Assembly: GCF_001194135.2 (NCBI RefSeq)
Contig: NC_068982.1
Coordinates: forward strand, 153,805,300 to 153,856,749
Direction of reading: 5' to 3'
Length of the DNA stretch: 51,450 bases
Origin: Octopus bimaculoides
Lineage: Eukaryota
Of the stretch, positions 1 through 11,357 are shown piece after piece. The position numbers and the translations under genes are program-made. Each line of letters opens with the position of its first letter. Within the stretch, counting starts at the first letter, position 1. Under the pieces are notes generated by a model. That model did no database searches and was not told the origin of the DNA. It worked only from the letters and a program-made list of their open reading frames with translations.

Positions 1-18
1 TATATATATATATATATA

Positions 19-291
19 CCGCCTGACTGGCCTTGTAGGGTCTTCGAGCGAGATCGTTGCCAGTGCCCCTGGACTGGCTCTTGTGCGGGTGGCACATAAC
101 AGACACCATTTCGAGCGTGGCCGTTTTCGTGCGGGTGACACGTAAAAGCACCCACTACACTCTCTGAGTGGTTGGCGTTAGGAAGGGCATCCAGCTGTAG
201 AAACTCTGCCAAATTAGATTGGAGCCTGGTGTTGCCATCCGGTTTCACCAGTCCTCAGTCAAATCGTCCAACCCATGCTAGCATGGAAGGC

Positions 292-294
<3 letters not shown>
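19..294 (+). mobile_element. 5'-truncated SINE body with RTE-like 3' tail ending in (GAT)n
   Basis: GC-richer island containing TGGTTGGCGTTAGGAAGGGCATCCAGCTGTAGAAAC, a motif I recognise from SINE cores. It ends CCCATGCTAGCATGGAAGGCG and runs into a (GAT)n tail at ~292-329. Family not assigned. Confidence 0.7.
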
Positions 295-326
<32 letters not shown>

Positions 327-660
327 GATCCATAACATTTACGCTTCAATAAATTCTTCTAAATAAATAAAGCCAGCAACAAACATATAACGAACTTAAA
401 TGAAGAAACTGTTAACAGTGTAATGATTACTATAAGCAATCCAAATGCGCATTAAAAATAGAATTATAGGTAAAAAGAAATAATAATAAATAAAAGCATA
501 CAAAGTATCCTATTAATTCAAACTTAATTCAATGAAAATAGCGCAGATTAAGGAGAACGGAAATATAACAGAGTTCGAAAAAACCCATTCGGAATCAGAC
601 GTCAAAACACATTTTCTCGTTCCTGGTTTAATATGTATCTGTCTGAGTTCGTATATGAGT

Positions 661-839
661 GTGTACATATATACATACATACAGACATACATGGATAAAT
701 ACATACATACATACATACATACATACATACATACATACATACATAAACACACACATAGACACACATATAGACACACATATACCTACCTACCTACCTACAT
801 ACATACATACATACATACATACATACATACATACATACA

Positions 840-873
<34 letters not shown>

Positions 874-882
874 CATACATAC
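661..882. repeat. (ATAC)n / (ACCT)n compound microsatellite
   Basis: Visible directly; source of the YIHT/MYVC pseudo-ORFs. Confidence 0.97.
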
Positions 883-1039
883 GTAGATACGCGCAGGTTG
901 GGCCGAAAGTAATATAAAAGCCTCCATCACTTTTAGTGAATGATATATGTTGTAGAGTACATGGAGTAACTCTTCCCATATACAAAGGTACTATTTAACA
1001 AGTGCTATCACAGGTAATGCATTTTGCATCGCAAGTGAT

Positions 1040-1655
1040 GCATTTGCATCATCACTGAACTCAAGTCTTTGAAAAAAGTTATATGTGCAATCTTATACTC
1101 ACTTCTTCATCGCAACTTTCACTTCGTCTGTGCTATCAAACTTTTTCTCAAAAATATCCTCCATTGGATCGAACAGGTGGGAGTTGGACGTCACTAGATA
1201 GGACTGTGCAGTGGATGGTGGACATCTGACTATCCAAATTTTTCGATTGCCTTATTTGTTGCCAAAGATGTCTTGGGGGTCACACATCATCAGAATTTTG
1301 TTCGAGGTCTTCTTTCTAATGGCTTGTCTATGATTTTGGAATGAGTCGATGTACCCTGTCATTCTATGACGCTCTTCACATCTCCAATAAACAGTCTTTC
1401 TGTATCGATCGCTGACTTTTGACAAACGTAGGCCTTGAAGAAAAAGTGTACCGCTATTCAACAGACTGAGCCTTCGTTTCCGAATCACAAAGACAAGCTC
1501 ACGTGTTGTCTTCTGGCTCCAGATAGGGAAAGGAATAGTCTTCATTTGGTTCAAGAACTATGAACATATCAGAGAAGGCTTGCTCCTCTTCACCTTTCAA
1601 TTGGTCGTCAGCTGCCGAGGTACTCGTTTTGAGTCAACATTTCGATACCCTCCAG
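1040..1655 (-). mobile_element. Old mariner (Tc1/mariner) transposase remnant spread over three frames
   Basis: Minus-strand pieces occur in mariner order: RVPRQLT (WVPxxL motif), ETKAQSVE, KTVYW, RQAIRKK, TSLATNKAIEKFG, HPLHSP/LVTSNSHLF (the HPxYSPDLAPSDxHLF region), then KKFDSTDEVK. Many stops and frameshifts. Confidence 0.8.
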
Positions 1656-1964
1656 CAGAAAGAAAAGAAATGTTTGTGTATTTAATTATTTAATAAATTT
1701 ATTTCTTTATTCCCGGTGTTTTATGTTATAATTGATTTTTCTCCAGATTTTGTCTTATTTTTCTCTTACTTGTCTTCTCTACTTTTAATGCTAATCATAT
1801 CCACTTATATCAATTAAATCTATACCTACATAAGTCAAGAGAATTTTCGGTGATTGTAATTACGTGGCGGAGTTGCTGTATTGGTTGAGCTGTCGATACA
1901 CACACTTGGGTGCGTGCATCTATTTACCAAAATAATCTCAGGTTGAGAATCTTTTGCAACTATA

Positions 1965-2217
1965 TGTCATTGCAGCTAGTCTTTGCCACAATATAATGCC
2001 TCAGTGGCAAGTAGTATCTCGTAGACGCTTTGGGGCAACTGGTGATCATATAGGTGGTGTGTACCACACTGGTATAACAGAACCAGCATTTTCTATCACA
2101 ATATAGAGGTTTGGTTGTATATTTGTCTCGCTTGTTTATCCGGTATTTAGCAGATGGAATATAATGTATGTACCATAGATTCATCCTCTCAATAATGTTG
2201 TTATCTTCTAGCTTACG
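1965..2217 (-). mobile_element. R4/Dong-like (RLE) LINE fragment, CCHC zinc-knuckle region
   Basis: ORF 1960-2184 reads CWFC..HTTYMITSCPKASTRYYLPLRHYIVAKT, matching the equivalent part of the adjacent copy (SSRYYLTLRHDVVART). Confidence 0.75.
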
Positions 2218-2240
2218 GTATGTATGTATGTATGTATGTA

Positions 2241-3498
2241 TTATGTATGCATTATGTATACGTGCAGATTTGTATGTTTTGTTTTATGTAAGTATTCTCA
2301 TGCATATAGTTGCACACCTAGACATGCTCATATATATTCTTAAATGATAAACTTCTGGAAACTTTTACAGATTTTTACAATACCTGTGATGGCTTGGATC
2401 TGTAATTATCGAATCAGCTTTCTCCTTTCTGGTTTTGAGAAGCCTAATTTCTCAAGATTGGTATTTAGGCAGTGTGTTACATATCCTAGGGCCCCAATAA
2501 TTACAGGTATAAACCTGAATTTGTAATCTGGATTCAGTCACTGCAGATTTCTCAATAGTTCACCGTAGGTATTGTCTTCTTTACTGATCTTCAACTTTAT
2601 GTCAATATCCGCAGGACAGCTAATTTCCACAAATGTACAAAGTTTCTCTTCTATCCCAAATCCTTATATCAGCTCTGCTGTACTTACATTTTATTGAGAT
2701 TTTTACTGGGACATTCCACCGGTACTTTTTATTATGAGTGGCTACAGCTTCAACCATACTGTGGGTTCTTATATCTTTGTCCTTGGAGTTATCCTTCCGA
2801 CGAATTTCATTATATAAGTATTTCTTTATTGCCCGCAGGGGGCTAAACATAGAGGGGACAAACAAGGACAGACAAAGGGATTAAGTTAATTACATCGACC
2901 CTAGTGCGTAGCTGGTGCTTATTTAATCGACCCCGAAAGGATGAAAGGCAAAGTCGACCTCAGCGGAATTTGAACTCAGAACATAAAGACAGACGAAATA
3001 CCGCTAAGCATTTCACCCAGCGTGTTAACGTTTCTACCAGTTCGCTGATTTCATTATACAATGTCCTAGCAACAACATCATGTCTCAGCGTTAGATAATA
3101 CCGTGATGATATTTTCAGACAATTGCGTGTGATGTGGGTGATATATTCGGTATCAACTCCACAAAATCGTCACCGGTTGTCATATTTTACTGCTTTTCCT
3201 GAAACTCTGTCCCTTTTGTGCATAAGTACTTGGTTGATATTTCCTGTCCCTGGATACCCTTCAAAGTGGTAGGCAGTAATCCGGTTGTTTATCCATGATA
3301 GACTGCTTTGATGATCAATCTCACTATCATCTCGGAGCTTTCTACTAACATATCCATGCATGGCCTTATGCTCATATACGCTCATCCTTTCATCTGAAAT
3401 TCGTGCGACTTCCTTCATTGGGCATGTATTTAAGGCTATCAGACAAGAAATGCCGCTCAAGGAGCTGTCTTCTAAGTCTTATAATGTTATCAGCCTCG
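2241..3498 (-). mobile_element. 5'-truncated R4/Dong-like LINE (C-terminal ORF + 3'UTR), interrupted by a SINE
   Basis: Minus translation: KAMHGYVSRKL..WINN..EG, then RFCG..HI..C..RHDVVARTLYNEIRRKDN, then a REL endonuclease region (WNVPVK..ADIRIWD..VEISCPAD..K..Y..L..PVIIGALG), ending KICKSFQKFII*. Contains stops and frameshifts. Confidence 0.88.
2815..3047 (-). mobile_element. tRNA-derived SINE with 11-bp target-site duplication
   Basis: Minus strand has a B-box-like GAGTTCAAATTCCGC followed by the body GCCTTTCATCCTTTCGGGGTCGAT. ATTTCATTATA is duplicated at 2804-2814 and 3048-3058. Homologous copies at 22737, 42360 and 6790. Confidence 0.9.
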
Positions 3499-3500
3499 TG

Positions 3501-3529
<29 letters not shown>

Positions 3530-3533
<4 letters not shown>

Positions 3534-3830
3534 GGTTCTCTCCTTGAATCCATATATTTTGGTTTCTCTTGTTCATTGTAGCAGAATCTCACACCCAATC
3601 CTCTAGCCTTATGTTTTACCTCACATTCACTGCCTCTGCTACCTCCTATCTTCCATGCTTTCCTTATACATATAATACGATTAGTAGACACACACCAATA
3701 CCTGACACTCCTAATAACCCATACCACCATATTTCTGAAATTATGCACACAAGTACGCAGCGCCAAAAGCCATATAAGTCATTCCACTTCATGTGCCTAT
3801 CTCTAAATACGGATAAATTATTTTACATGC
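3530..3830 (-). mobile_element. Possible degraded RTE-like LINE fragment
   Basis: Weak resemblance to the RTE post-RT region (Y.CIRK..GS..AVNV..RLE) across frameshifts. Confidence 0.3.
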
Positions 3831-4176
3831 ACATACATCACAGCCACTTGCAGCCTTCTTAACCGCTCAGTGAAACCTTCATTCTGCTGACCCGTTTCTT
3901 TCATTTCATCCACTTTTCCTCTTTCTTACTCTCACAATGCTTTTCTGTTTCTTCTGATCAAGGACTAACAACCAAAACAGATGGACCACCATCATTTTAA
4001 TGGGCATTCAAAAAAGTATGTATGTATAGAAATGTATGAATGAAGTCTTTAAGGTTTAAGATTCAAATTAAGGAAGCGCAATAATAATGCTCTGCAGTTC
4101 AAAATGTGAGTTGTGAAATGCAGAATTAGGTCGGCTAATCGTGAGAGTCAAATATTGATCGCTTTGCTAAAATCTG

Positions 4177-4608
4177 CAGGTGGTATAGGTTATTTCCCTT
4201 GGGTTGTTTAAATAAAATACTAGCAATATGTAGTAGATAGAAGGATTCATTGGAAGGGCCCTATTATCGATTTTTTCAACGATTTAAGTATATCACGAGG
4301 TTTCTAGATATGAGTTCTACTCACGTGTCAAATAAAGTATAAAAGTGATATTGTTTGCAAAAATTAGAAATAGGACAGAGAAAAAAATCAATATTCAAAG
4401 AAATCTAATATAAACAATGAAAAGGGTTATTTCCCTTGAGTGTTTAAAAAATATTATACAGGTGCTATGGGTTATTTCCCTTGGGTGTTTCAAACAAATT
4501 AGTTATATGAGGTAGATATAAAAGTCCCTTCCAGAGGCCGTATTATCGATTTTTTTCAACAATCTAAGTATGTCACGAGGTTTCCAGACATGAGTTCTAC
4601 TCACGTGT
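4177..4608. repeat. Diverged direct repeat, ~150-bp units 282 bp apart
   Basis: 4177-4328 and 4459-4608 share CAGGTG.TAT.GGTTATTTCCCTTGGG...TATTATCGATTTTTT..AAC.AT.TAAGTAT.TCACGAGGTTTC.AGA.ATGAGTTCTACTCACGTGT. A partial third copy lies at ~4424-4450. Confidence 0.85.
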
Positions 4609-4663
4609 TTCATCAAAAATCAATAAAAACGATGTAGGGGGAGTTAGTTAACAACGCCACAAA

Positions 4664-4693
4664 NNNNNNNNNNTATATATATATATATATATA

Positions 4694-4736
<43 letters not shown>

Positions 4737-5052
4737 ATGTATGTATGTATATATGTACATATACACGTCTGCATGTACTAGCAGGAACTAAGTTATCAAT
4801 ATACGTAGTGTAAAGTGAATCTATTCGTTCCAAGATGATAATTGATTTCCTTGCGTTATTACAGATATTTTCTCTGCTCGGGTGACAAAGGATCATATTT
4901 TTGTCGCCTAACGATTGCACAGAACGAAGAGAAAAGCTCGAACTACACATGAATCATCATATTCTGGGGAAATACTTAAACATTCTCACGTCCACATATG
5001 TGCGTGTATGTATACATAAATATATGTATATGTGTATATATGCAATTATGTG

Positions 5053-5091
<39 letters not shown>

Positions 5092-5134
5092 AGAGAGAGG
5101 GANNNNNNNNNNAGAGAGGGAGAGACAGATAGAC

Positions 5135-5189
<55 letters not shown>

Positions 5190-5200
5190 CAGATAGCTGG
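4664..5200. repeat. Microsatellite cluster (TA, GT, TATG, GA, GATA) with two 10-N gaps
   Basis: Visible directly; gaps at 4664-4673 and 5103-5112. Confidence 0.9.
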
Positions 5201-5255
5201 ATTGACTGATAGAAACATAGATGGATATGCATACATATACGTATATAAATATATA

Positions 5256-6565
5256 CGAGGGTGCAACGAAAAGAAACCGGAATTTTGCAATATTATTTTA
5301 TTTACTTAGATTTATATGTTTACACTTTTATCACCTTTAAATTATTCTCCATTTGAGGCAATGCATCGGTCCAGACGCGTTTTCCACTGTTCGAAGTAGT
5401 CCTAGAACTTTTACGAATTGATGCCTTTTAATGAATCTATCGATTTTTTTTTCTTTTCTCTTCCACATCCGCAAACGTTTTCCTTCAAGGACTTGTTTCA
5501 TTCGGTGGAACAAAAAAATTTGTAGGAAGCAAGATCAGGTGAATAGGGAGGGTGAGTAAACGGGGTGATGCAATTTTTGATCAAAAACTCTCTCACGATC
5601 AAGGTAGTGTGTGAAGGTACAATGAAACCATCACACTCCACTTTGCTGCTGGTCGGGGCATTTTTGTTTCGCTTTATCTCGCAAATGTTTCAGAACTGCC
5701 AGGTAACATGTATGCCAAGTAACGGCTTGACCAGGAGGAACAAATACTGTGCGGACAATATCTTTCGCATCGATGAAACAAATCAGCATCGTCTTGATAT
5801 TGGACTTCACTTGGTGCACTTGCAGTGGGCATGGTGACGTTGAATGCTTCCATTGACATGCTTGCTGCTTCGTTTCTGAGTCGTGGTTGTAGCACCAGCT
5901 TTTGTCACCAGTGATGACCTACGAAAAAAGTCCGGATCAACTTCCAACTGTTCTTTCAGTTCACGATACACATTCAGTCGTCACTGCTTTTGATCTTCCG
6001 TGAGCAAACGAGGCATAAATTTTACTGCAACTCTTTTTTCATTCGCAATTCCTCGCTCAAAATTCGTTGGCAAGAACTCCAGGACACGTCAGTCATATCA
6101 AAAAGTTCGACAATTACAATTGTTCGACGACGGTCCTCCAAGATCAATTCATGAATTTTCATGATGATTTCATTTTGCTCGGGAGGTCGACAGTCATCCT
6201 GAACAAGATTGGTCTTCAAGCGATAAGTGAACATCCCTAAAGTGTGAAAACCATTCATAAACTTGTATTTTGCTCATGACAGCGTTCATGTAAGCTGTTT
6301 GAGAGAAGAAAGCTGTTTTGGCCACCGTTTTCCCTTGCAGAAAACAGAATTTCACAGAAGCACGCTGTCCCTTCGTTTCAGCCATCGCAAAAATCAATGA
6401 ACAGGAGAGAAGCACTGCAAAACAGAGTCGCACCACGTGGCAGTACATCTCCACTCGACGACGGCGGAGGGGTTTATCAAGTGGCTCCTAGTGTTGGGAG
6501 CCTGAACTACAACATGCTTGACCCACAGACAACGTTTCTAGTTACTATTGGGTACCCCCGCCTAT
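5256..6565 (-). mobile_element. Near full-length (~1.3 kb) defective mariner transposon
   Basis: Left end is TA|CGAGGGTGCAACGAAAAGAAACCGG. Transposase ATG at 6385 (MAETKGQRASVKFCF..IQVYEWFSHF..SGRP), then FVPPGQAV..YLAVLKHLR, a YSPDLA-like region, and WKTRLDRCIASNG near the end (~5313). Several frameshifts; right TIR degenerate. Confidence 0.92.
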
Positions 6566-6994
6566 ATATATATGTATATATATATATATCATACATATGC
6601 ATATGTATGTATGCACATATATATATATGTATATATATACACATATACCCACATACACACATACACATATATGCACGCACGCACACATGCATGTATGTAG
6701 GTATGTGTGCATGTATAAGTGTGTTTTTATGTATGTATGTATGTATTTATGTATGCATGCATGCATGTAGTATGCTGGCAGAATTGTTAAATCATCAGTA
6801 TTTCTTCCGGGAGTTTACAGCTTGCGATCAATTTCCGCTGAGGTCAACGTTGCCTTTGATTTTTCATGGAGCATTAGACTATCGTGTGTCAATCAAGTAA
6901 TGGTATTGATTTTATCACCTAATCTCTTCCCATCAAAATTAATAACTTTGTGCCTAAATCAAGACACATTATCATTGTTGTTGTTGTTGCTATG

Positions 6995-7071
<77 letters not shown>

Positions 7072-7091
7072 CATATATGTATGCATGTTGT

Positions 7092-7148
<57 letters not shown>

Positions 7149-7150
7149 TA
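6563..7150. repeat. Microsatellite block: (TA)/(TATG), (TTG)(ATT)(AGT) and (TA)n
   Basis: Visible directly. Confidence 0.9.
6790..6880 (+). mobile_element. Degenerate fragment of the 2815-type SINE
   Basis: ATCAATTTCCGCTGAGGTCAACGTTGCCTTTGAT aligns to TTCAAATTCCGCTGAGGTCGACTTTGCCTTTCAT of the 2815 copy. Confidence 0.6.
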
Positions 7151-7678
7151 TAGCTCGTATCATAATTTTATATATTTAATCCCTTTTCTCCTTGCCTTCC
7201 CTCTTCCCACTCTGTCCTCTTTCCTCTGTGTATATATGTTTTAGCATATATCGTAATTTTTGTAAACACGCAATCAAATTCCTTTACACGCATACACGCT
7301 CATTGCAAACTTATCGATTTTTCCCTGAAACAATGATAAACATTACCACTGATGAAAAAGAAATATATACTTCTTTTGTAAAGGAAAATAATAATTGGAA
7401 AAAAAACTATGTAGACATTTATAGACTTGTTAAATATCCATAGAATAGAACTCCGCGTTTTCGTATTTTTCTTTTTTGTAGATAAGAAAGAATTTTAAAT
7501 TTAAAGGATGATTTTAAAGTTAACTTCTTGACTTTTACATGGTTTTTCATGACACAAAAGCAAACCAAATTTAATTCCTCTTTTTAATAAGTTGGAAAAA
7601 TACACATACACTTACACATATTTCATACACACATATATTCATACACATAAGCAAACGCAGCGCCTACAATCAGACATG

Positions 7679-7721
<43 letters not shown>

Positions 7722-7778
7722 GCCACGCATATACACCCGCAGACACTACTGCATTCAAAGAAATGCAATGCAGACACA

Positions 7779-7815
<37 letters not shown>

Positions 7816-8187
7816 ATATTTATATATAGTGAGAAAGAGAGAGACGTACATACATAGATATACACTCACACAAACGCTCATAAAAGTAAATAATACGCAC
7901 ATATGCTGGACACAGGCAAACATCTCTCACCATATCAAATTATTAAGAGATTGGGGTTGATATAAAAGAAACACTCTTAGACGTATACACTTATTTCCAT
8001 ATCCAGATACAGAAACGTGCTACATTGATGTACGAATATGAAAATACATCGTCACTTATATTGAGAAGCAAGAAAATGTACAAGAAAACTTAAACCGAAA
8101 ACAGTTTATTTGTCTCATATGTATATGTATCTAATCCATTTCCCTAATTATCTCTCTACCAATCTAAGAATCTATCTGTCTATCTAA

Positions 8188-8190
8188 CTT

Positions 8191-8221
<31 letters not shown>

Positions 8222-8476
8222 NNNNNNNNNNNNNNNNNNNNNNNNNNNNNNNNNNNNNNNNNNNNNNNNNNNNNNNNNNNNNNNNNNNNNNNNNNNNNNN
8301 NNNNNNNNNNNNNNNNNNNNNNNNNNNNNNNNNNNNNNNNNNNNNNNNNNNNNNNNNNNNNNNNNNNNNNNNNNNNNNNNNNNNNNNNNNNNNNNNNNNN
8401 NNNNNNNNNNNNNNNNNNNNNNNNNNNNNNNNNNNNNNNNNNNNNNNNNNNTATATATATATATATATATATATAT
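8188..8476. other. Assembly gap (8222-8451) between (CT)n and (TA)n
   Basis: N-run flanked by dinucleotide repeats. Other gaps: 14762-14823, 17615-17801, 25682-25704, 31098-31348, 37442-37635, 49680-49689. Confidence 0.98.
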
Positions 8477-8739
8477 GAATACATTCATTCATACATACAT
8501 ATATATGCTCATATAGAAATACAATAAAAGTAAACAGAGAAAGTGAAAAGTTGTGACGCTTCCTAATATTTATACAAAACCCCACACCACAATGAACAAA
8601 TCTTATGTCTTTAATGAACACAATTATTCAGAGAGTGAGATCGATGCACTAGGCAATTCCTAGTTCGGCAAGGGGTACACATGTATTGTGTTTCAATAAA
8701 ATAACTATTAACACTGCCCCCACATTTCAATAATGGATC

Positions 8740-9040
8740 AGCAAGGAAATCTGAAAACAGACATAACACATATCCTCAGATCCTTACACCTTATTACAAA
8801 CATTTGGGAAAACTCCTTTGAATATTTTTACTGGCACAGTTAAGCAGCAACAACAAAATAAACAACAGAAACCACAACCTCCACGGCTTATACCCATCAC
8901 ATTCTCTCCACTTTTCAACTGAGGCATCCACTTCCATGCCAATTGAACCTATATGCCATAGTTCCCACTCCAAGCTCAGCCCACATCCGCAGATGAAGGC
9001 AATGATAGTGGTCCGTGACCTGGATTCAAAATTTAACTAG
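8740..9040 (+). mobile_element. Possible very old LINE fragment (region upstream of RT)
   Basis: DQQGNLKTDITHILRS-like stretch and a downstream GP motif. Weak. Confidence 0.25.
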
Positions 9041-9999
9041 GCTGCGCTACAGAATGTATAATTCGCCACTATAAAACTGATAAAATAATTTTCTGGGACT
9101 TTATACACATCCAATATGAAGTTATCACAGCTACCCCCAGAGCCAGATTAAAACCCATAGAGGTCCTATGCAGTTATAAGATTTTGGTTTCCCCATATAT
9201 ATGGAATTCAAACAATAATAAGATATAGTATAAATTTTTATTCTTCAAAATGAATCAAAACTAACGGTAAGATGGAAAATAATGTTTATTTTTGTATACT
9301 TCCATTTTACTTATATTTGAAAAGATTTTCTCCAACTTTTTTTAATTGCAGTCTTTGATCAGCTCCTGAAAATTAATCTCGCGTAACACATCTGCTTCTA
9401 TATTTAGTAGAGATAAGACACACCGAATATCCTTTTAGCAAGTTTAAAGTGATTTCTTTTCCGCTGTAAACCATTTACCATTTCTGTGGTGCCCCACTTC
9501 TTTTGATGCTCTAAGCACGTGCTTATTTTTCTTAATGGTTAATCCAGAGCTGGCTACACTACATGATAAAAAGCTTTCCAAATATATAGTGACTGCTTTT
9601 ATGCGTGATTCCTAAAATTTAATATTCTATTGTATTAATACTATAGGAAACTTCCTAACTATTGACATGAATACTATATAGTATGATTGGGCATGGTCAA
9701 CCAGAAATTAAATATTGGCAGCATTAATGTAAAGGGCCATGTTTGAATGCGACACAAACTTTTTTGACTGGCATTAATTTACACTATCCCATTTGAACAC
9801 GACTAGTTGGGATAAACTCTATATATTATATGCATCTCCGTAAATTATTCTCTTCATAGCAGTGTAAAATGTATCAGTGAAAAATGTCCTTATATATCTT
9901 ACTATGATTCCCTGGTAATTATGGATTGATATTTAAAACCCGGAAACATTGAATCAATGAAAGAGTGAAAACGCAGGCAAAGATGCAACTTGTTTTATT

Positions 10000-10810
10000 A
10001 CCAACTCAATTTTCAAAACGGAAAGCTCGTAAATATTGTTATGTATACATAGGTTTGGGATTTATATAGAGAAGCCACAGTGCATTCTCTATTATGAAAT
10101 ATTGTCTAATGAAAACATGAAGCCAGGCAAACTTTGCCGGCATTTAGAAACGAAGCATAAAGAAAATATGAAAACCTGTTGAATATTTTCAAAGACAAAA
10201 ACTAATTTTACGACATAAGTCAATATACAAAGATAGTAATTGGCTGTGATAATAAAAATACTATATATGGATCGTATGAAGTATCTCTTTTAATAGAAAA
10301 GTGTCGGGAACCACACACAATAATGGAGAAGCTAATTCTGGCTGTTACCAAAGTAACTGCCTTTCGAATATGTGGAGACAAAATAACAAGGAATTATGGT
10401 ACGAGTCCATTGTCAAACAACACTGTGAGGAGGAGGATAGAAGACATATCTGATAGCATAAAATGTCAATTGATGAATACTATTCCTTACAATTAGATGA
10501 GAGTACGGATATTTCTAACTGCGCCGATTTGCTTTCATTCATACTGTATGAATTTAATGGTATGATTAATAAAGATTTCCTGTTTTGCCACTCATTGACT
10601 ACGCATACAAATGGCAAGTCTATTTTTAATAGTTTGAACGATTTTCTTTCAGTAAATGAAATTGAACGGTCAAAAGGCATAGAAGGCAGTATGGGTGGGG
10701 CTCCTATAATATCAGGAAAATACCGAGGGCTCAAGGAGAATGTTCAAAGTATGATGCTAAATGTCAAATGCATATATTGCTGCATGCACAGAGAAGCATT
10801 AGCAGCATGA
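10000..10810 (+). mobile_element. hAT transposase remnant, Buster/Charlie (ZBED5/SCAND3-like) lineage
   Basis: KPQCI..EILSNENMKPGKLCRHLETKH, then PHTIMEKLI, LSNNTVRRRIEDIS, LQLDESTD (first catalytic Asp), and C..HREALAA. Frameshifts present; no TIRs seen. Confidence 0.92.
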
Positions 10811-10868
10811 AACATGTTAGGAAAATGAAAGTGACGTCAGAGGAGAAAGTAGTTAATCGTATATAAAC

Positions 10869-11043
10869 AGGCGTGGCTGGCTGTATGGTATCCAGCTTGA
10901 TTCCCAACCACATAGTTCGGTGTTCAGTCCCACTGTGTGGCACCTTCGGCAAATTTCTTCTACTGTAGCCATGGACCAACCAAAGCCTTGTGATGGGATT
11001 TGTAAGACAGAAATTGAAAGACGCCTGTTGTGTATATGTATGT

Positions 11044-11096
<53 letters not shown>

Positions 11097-11357
11097 TACA
11101 TACTATACATATATACATATGCATATATACATATGCATCTATAATCTGTGTGTATGTGTTTGTCCTCCCCACCACTATTTAGCAATTGGTACCGGTCTCT
11201 TTGCGTCCGCGTAACTTTGCGGTTCGGCAAAAGTAACCGATAGAATAAGTATTAGACTTTAAAAAAAACAAGTGCTAGGGTTTGTACAATCAACTAAAAA
11301 TGTTTCAAGGCGGTGCCCCAGCATGGCCGCAGTCTGATAACTGAGACAAGTAAAAAG
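10869..11357 (+). mobile_element. Full-length tRNA-derived SINE with an internal (TA)n/(TG)n tract
   Basis: Head GGCGTGGCTG..TATGGT with B-box-like GGTGTTCAGTCCC, core GGCACCTTCGGCAAAT..CTTCTACT..CCAAAGCCTTGTGA, internal microsatellite, and tail GGCGGTGCCCCAGCATGGCCGCAGTC..ACAAGTAAAAAG. Related pieces at 17444, 41030 and ~44215. Confidence 0.85.

Noticed and set aside
1252-1554. YWRC in this ORF suggested a FLYWCH/MULE domain; another frame looked GIY-YIG-like
   Set aside because: Flanking frames give ordered mariner motifs (VPRQLT, HP.HSP, SHLF), so these are frameshifted mariner sequence.
1585-1650. CTGACGA and CGAAA on the minus strand (hammerhead-like)
   Set aside because: It lies in mariner coding sequence (RQLT), has no GUH site and has no supporting stems.
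6397-6900. 167-aa ORF
   Set aside because: Antisense to the mariner 5' end and then runs through microsatellite.
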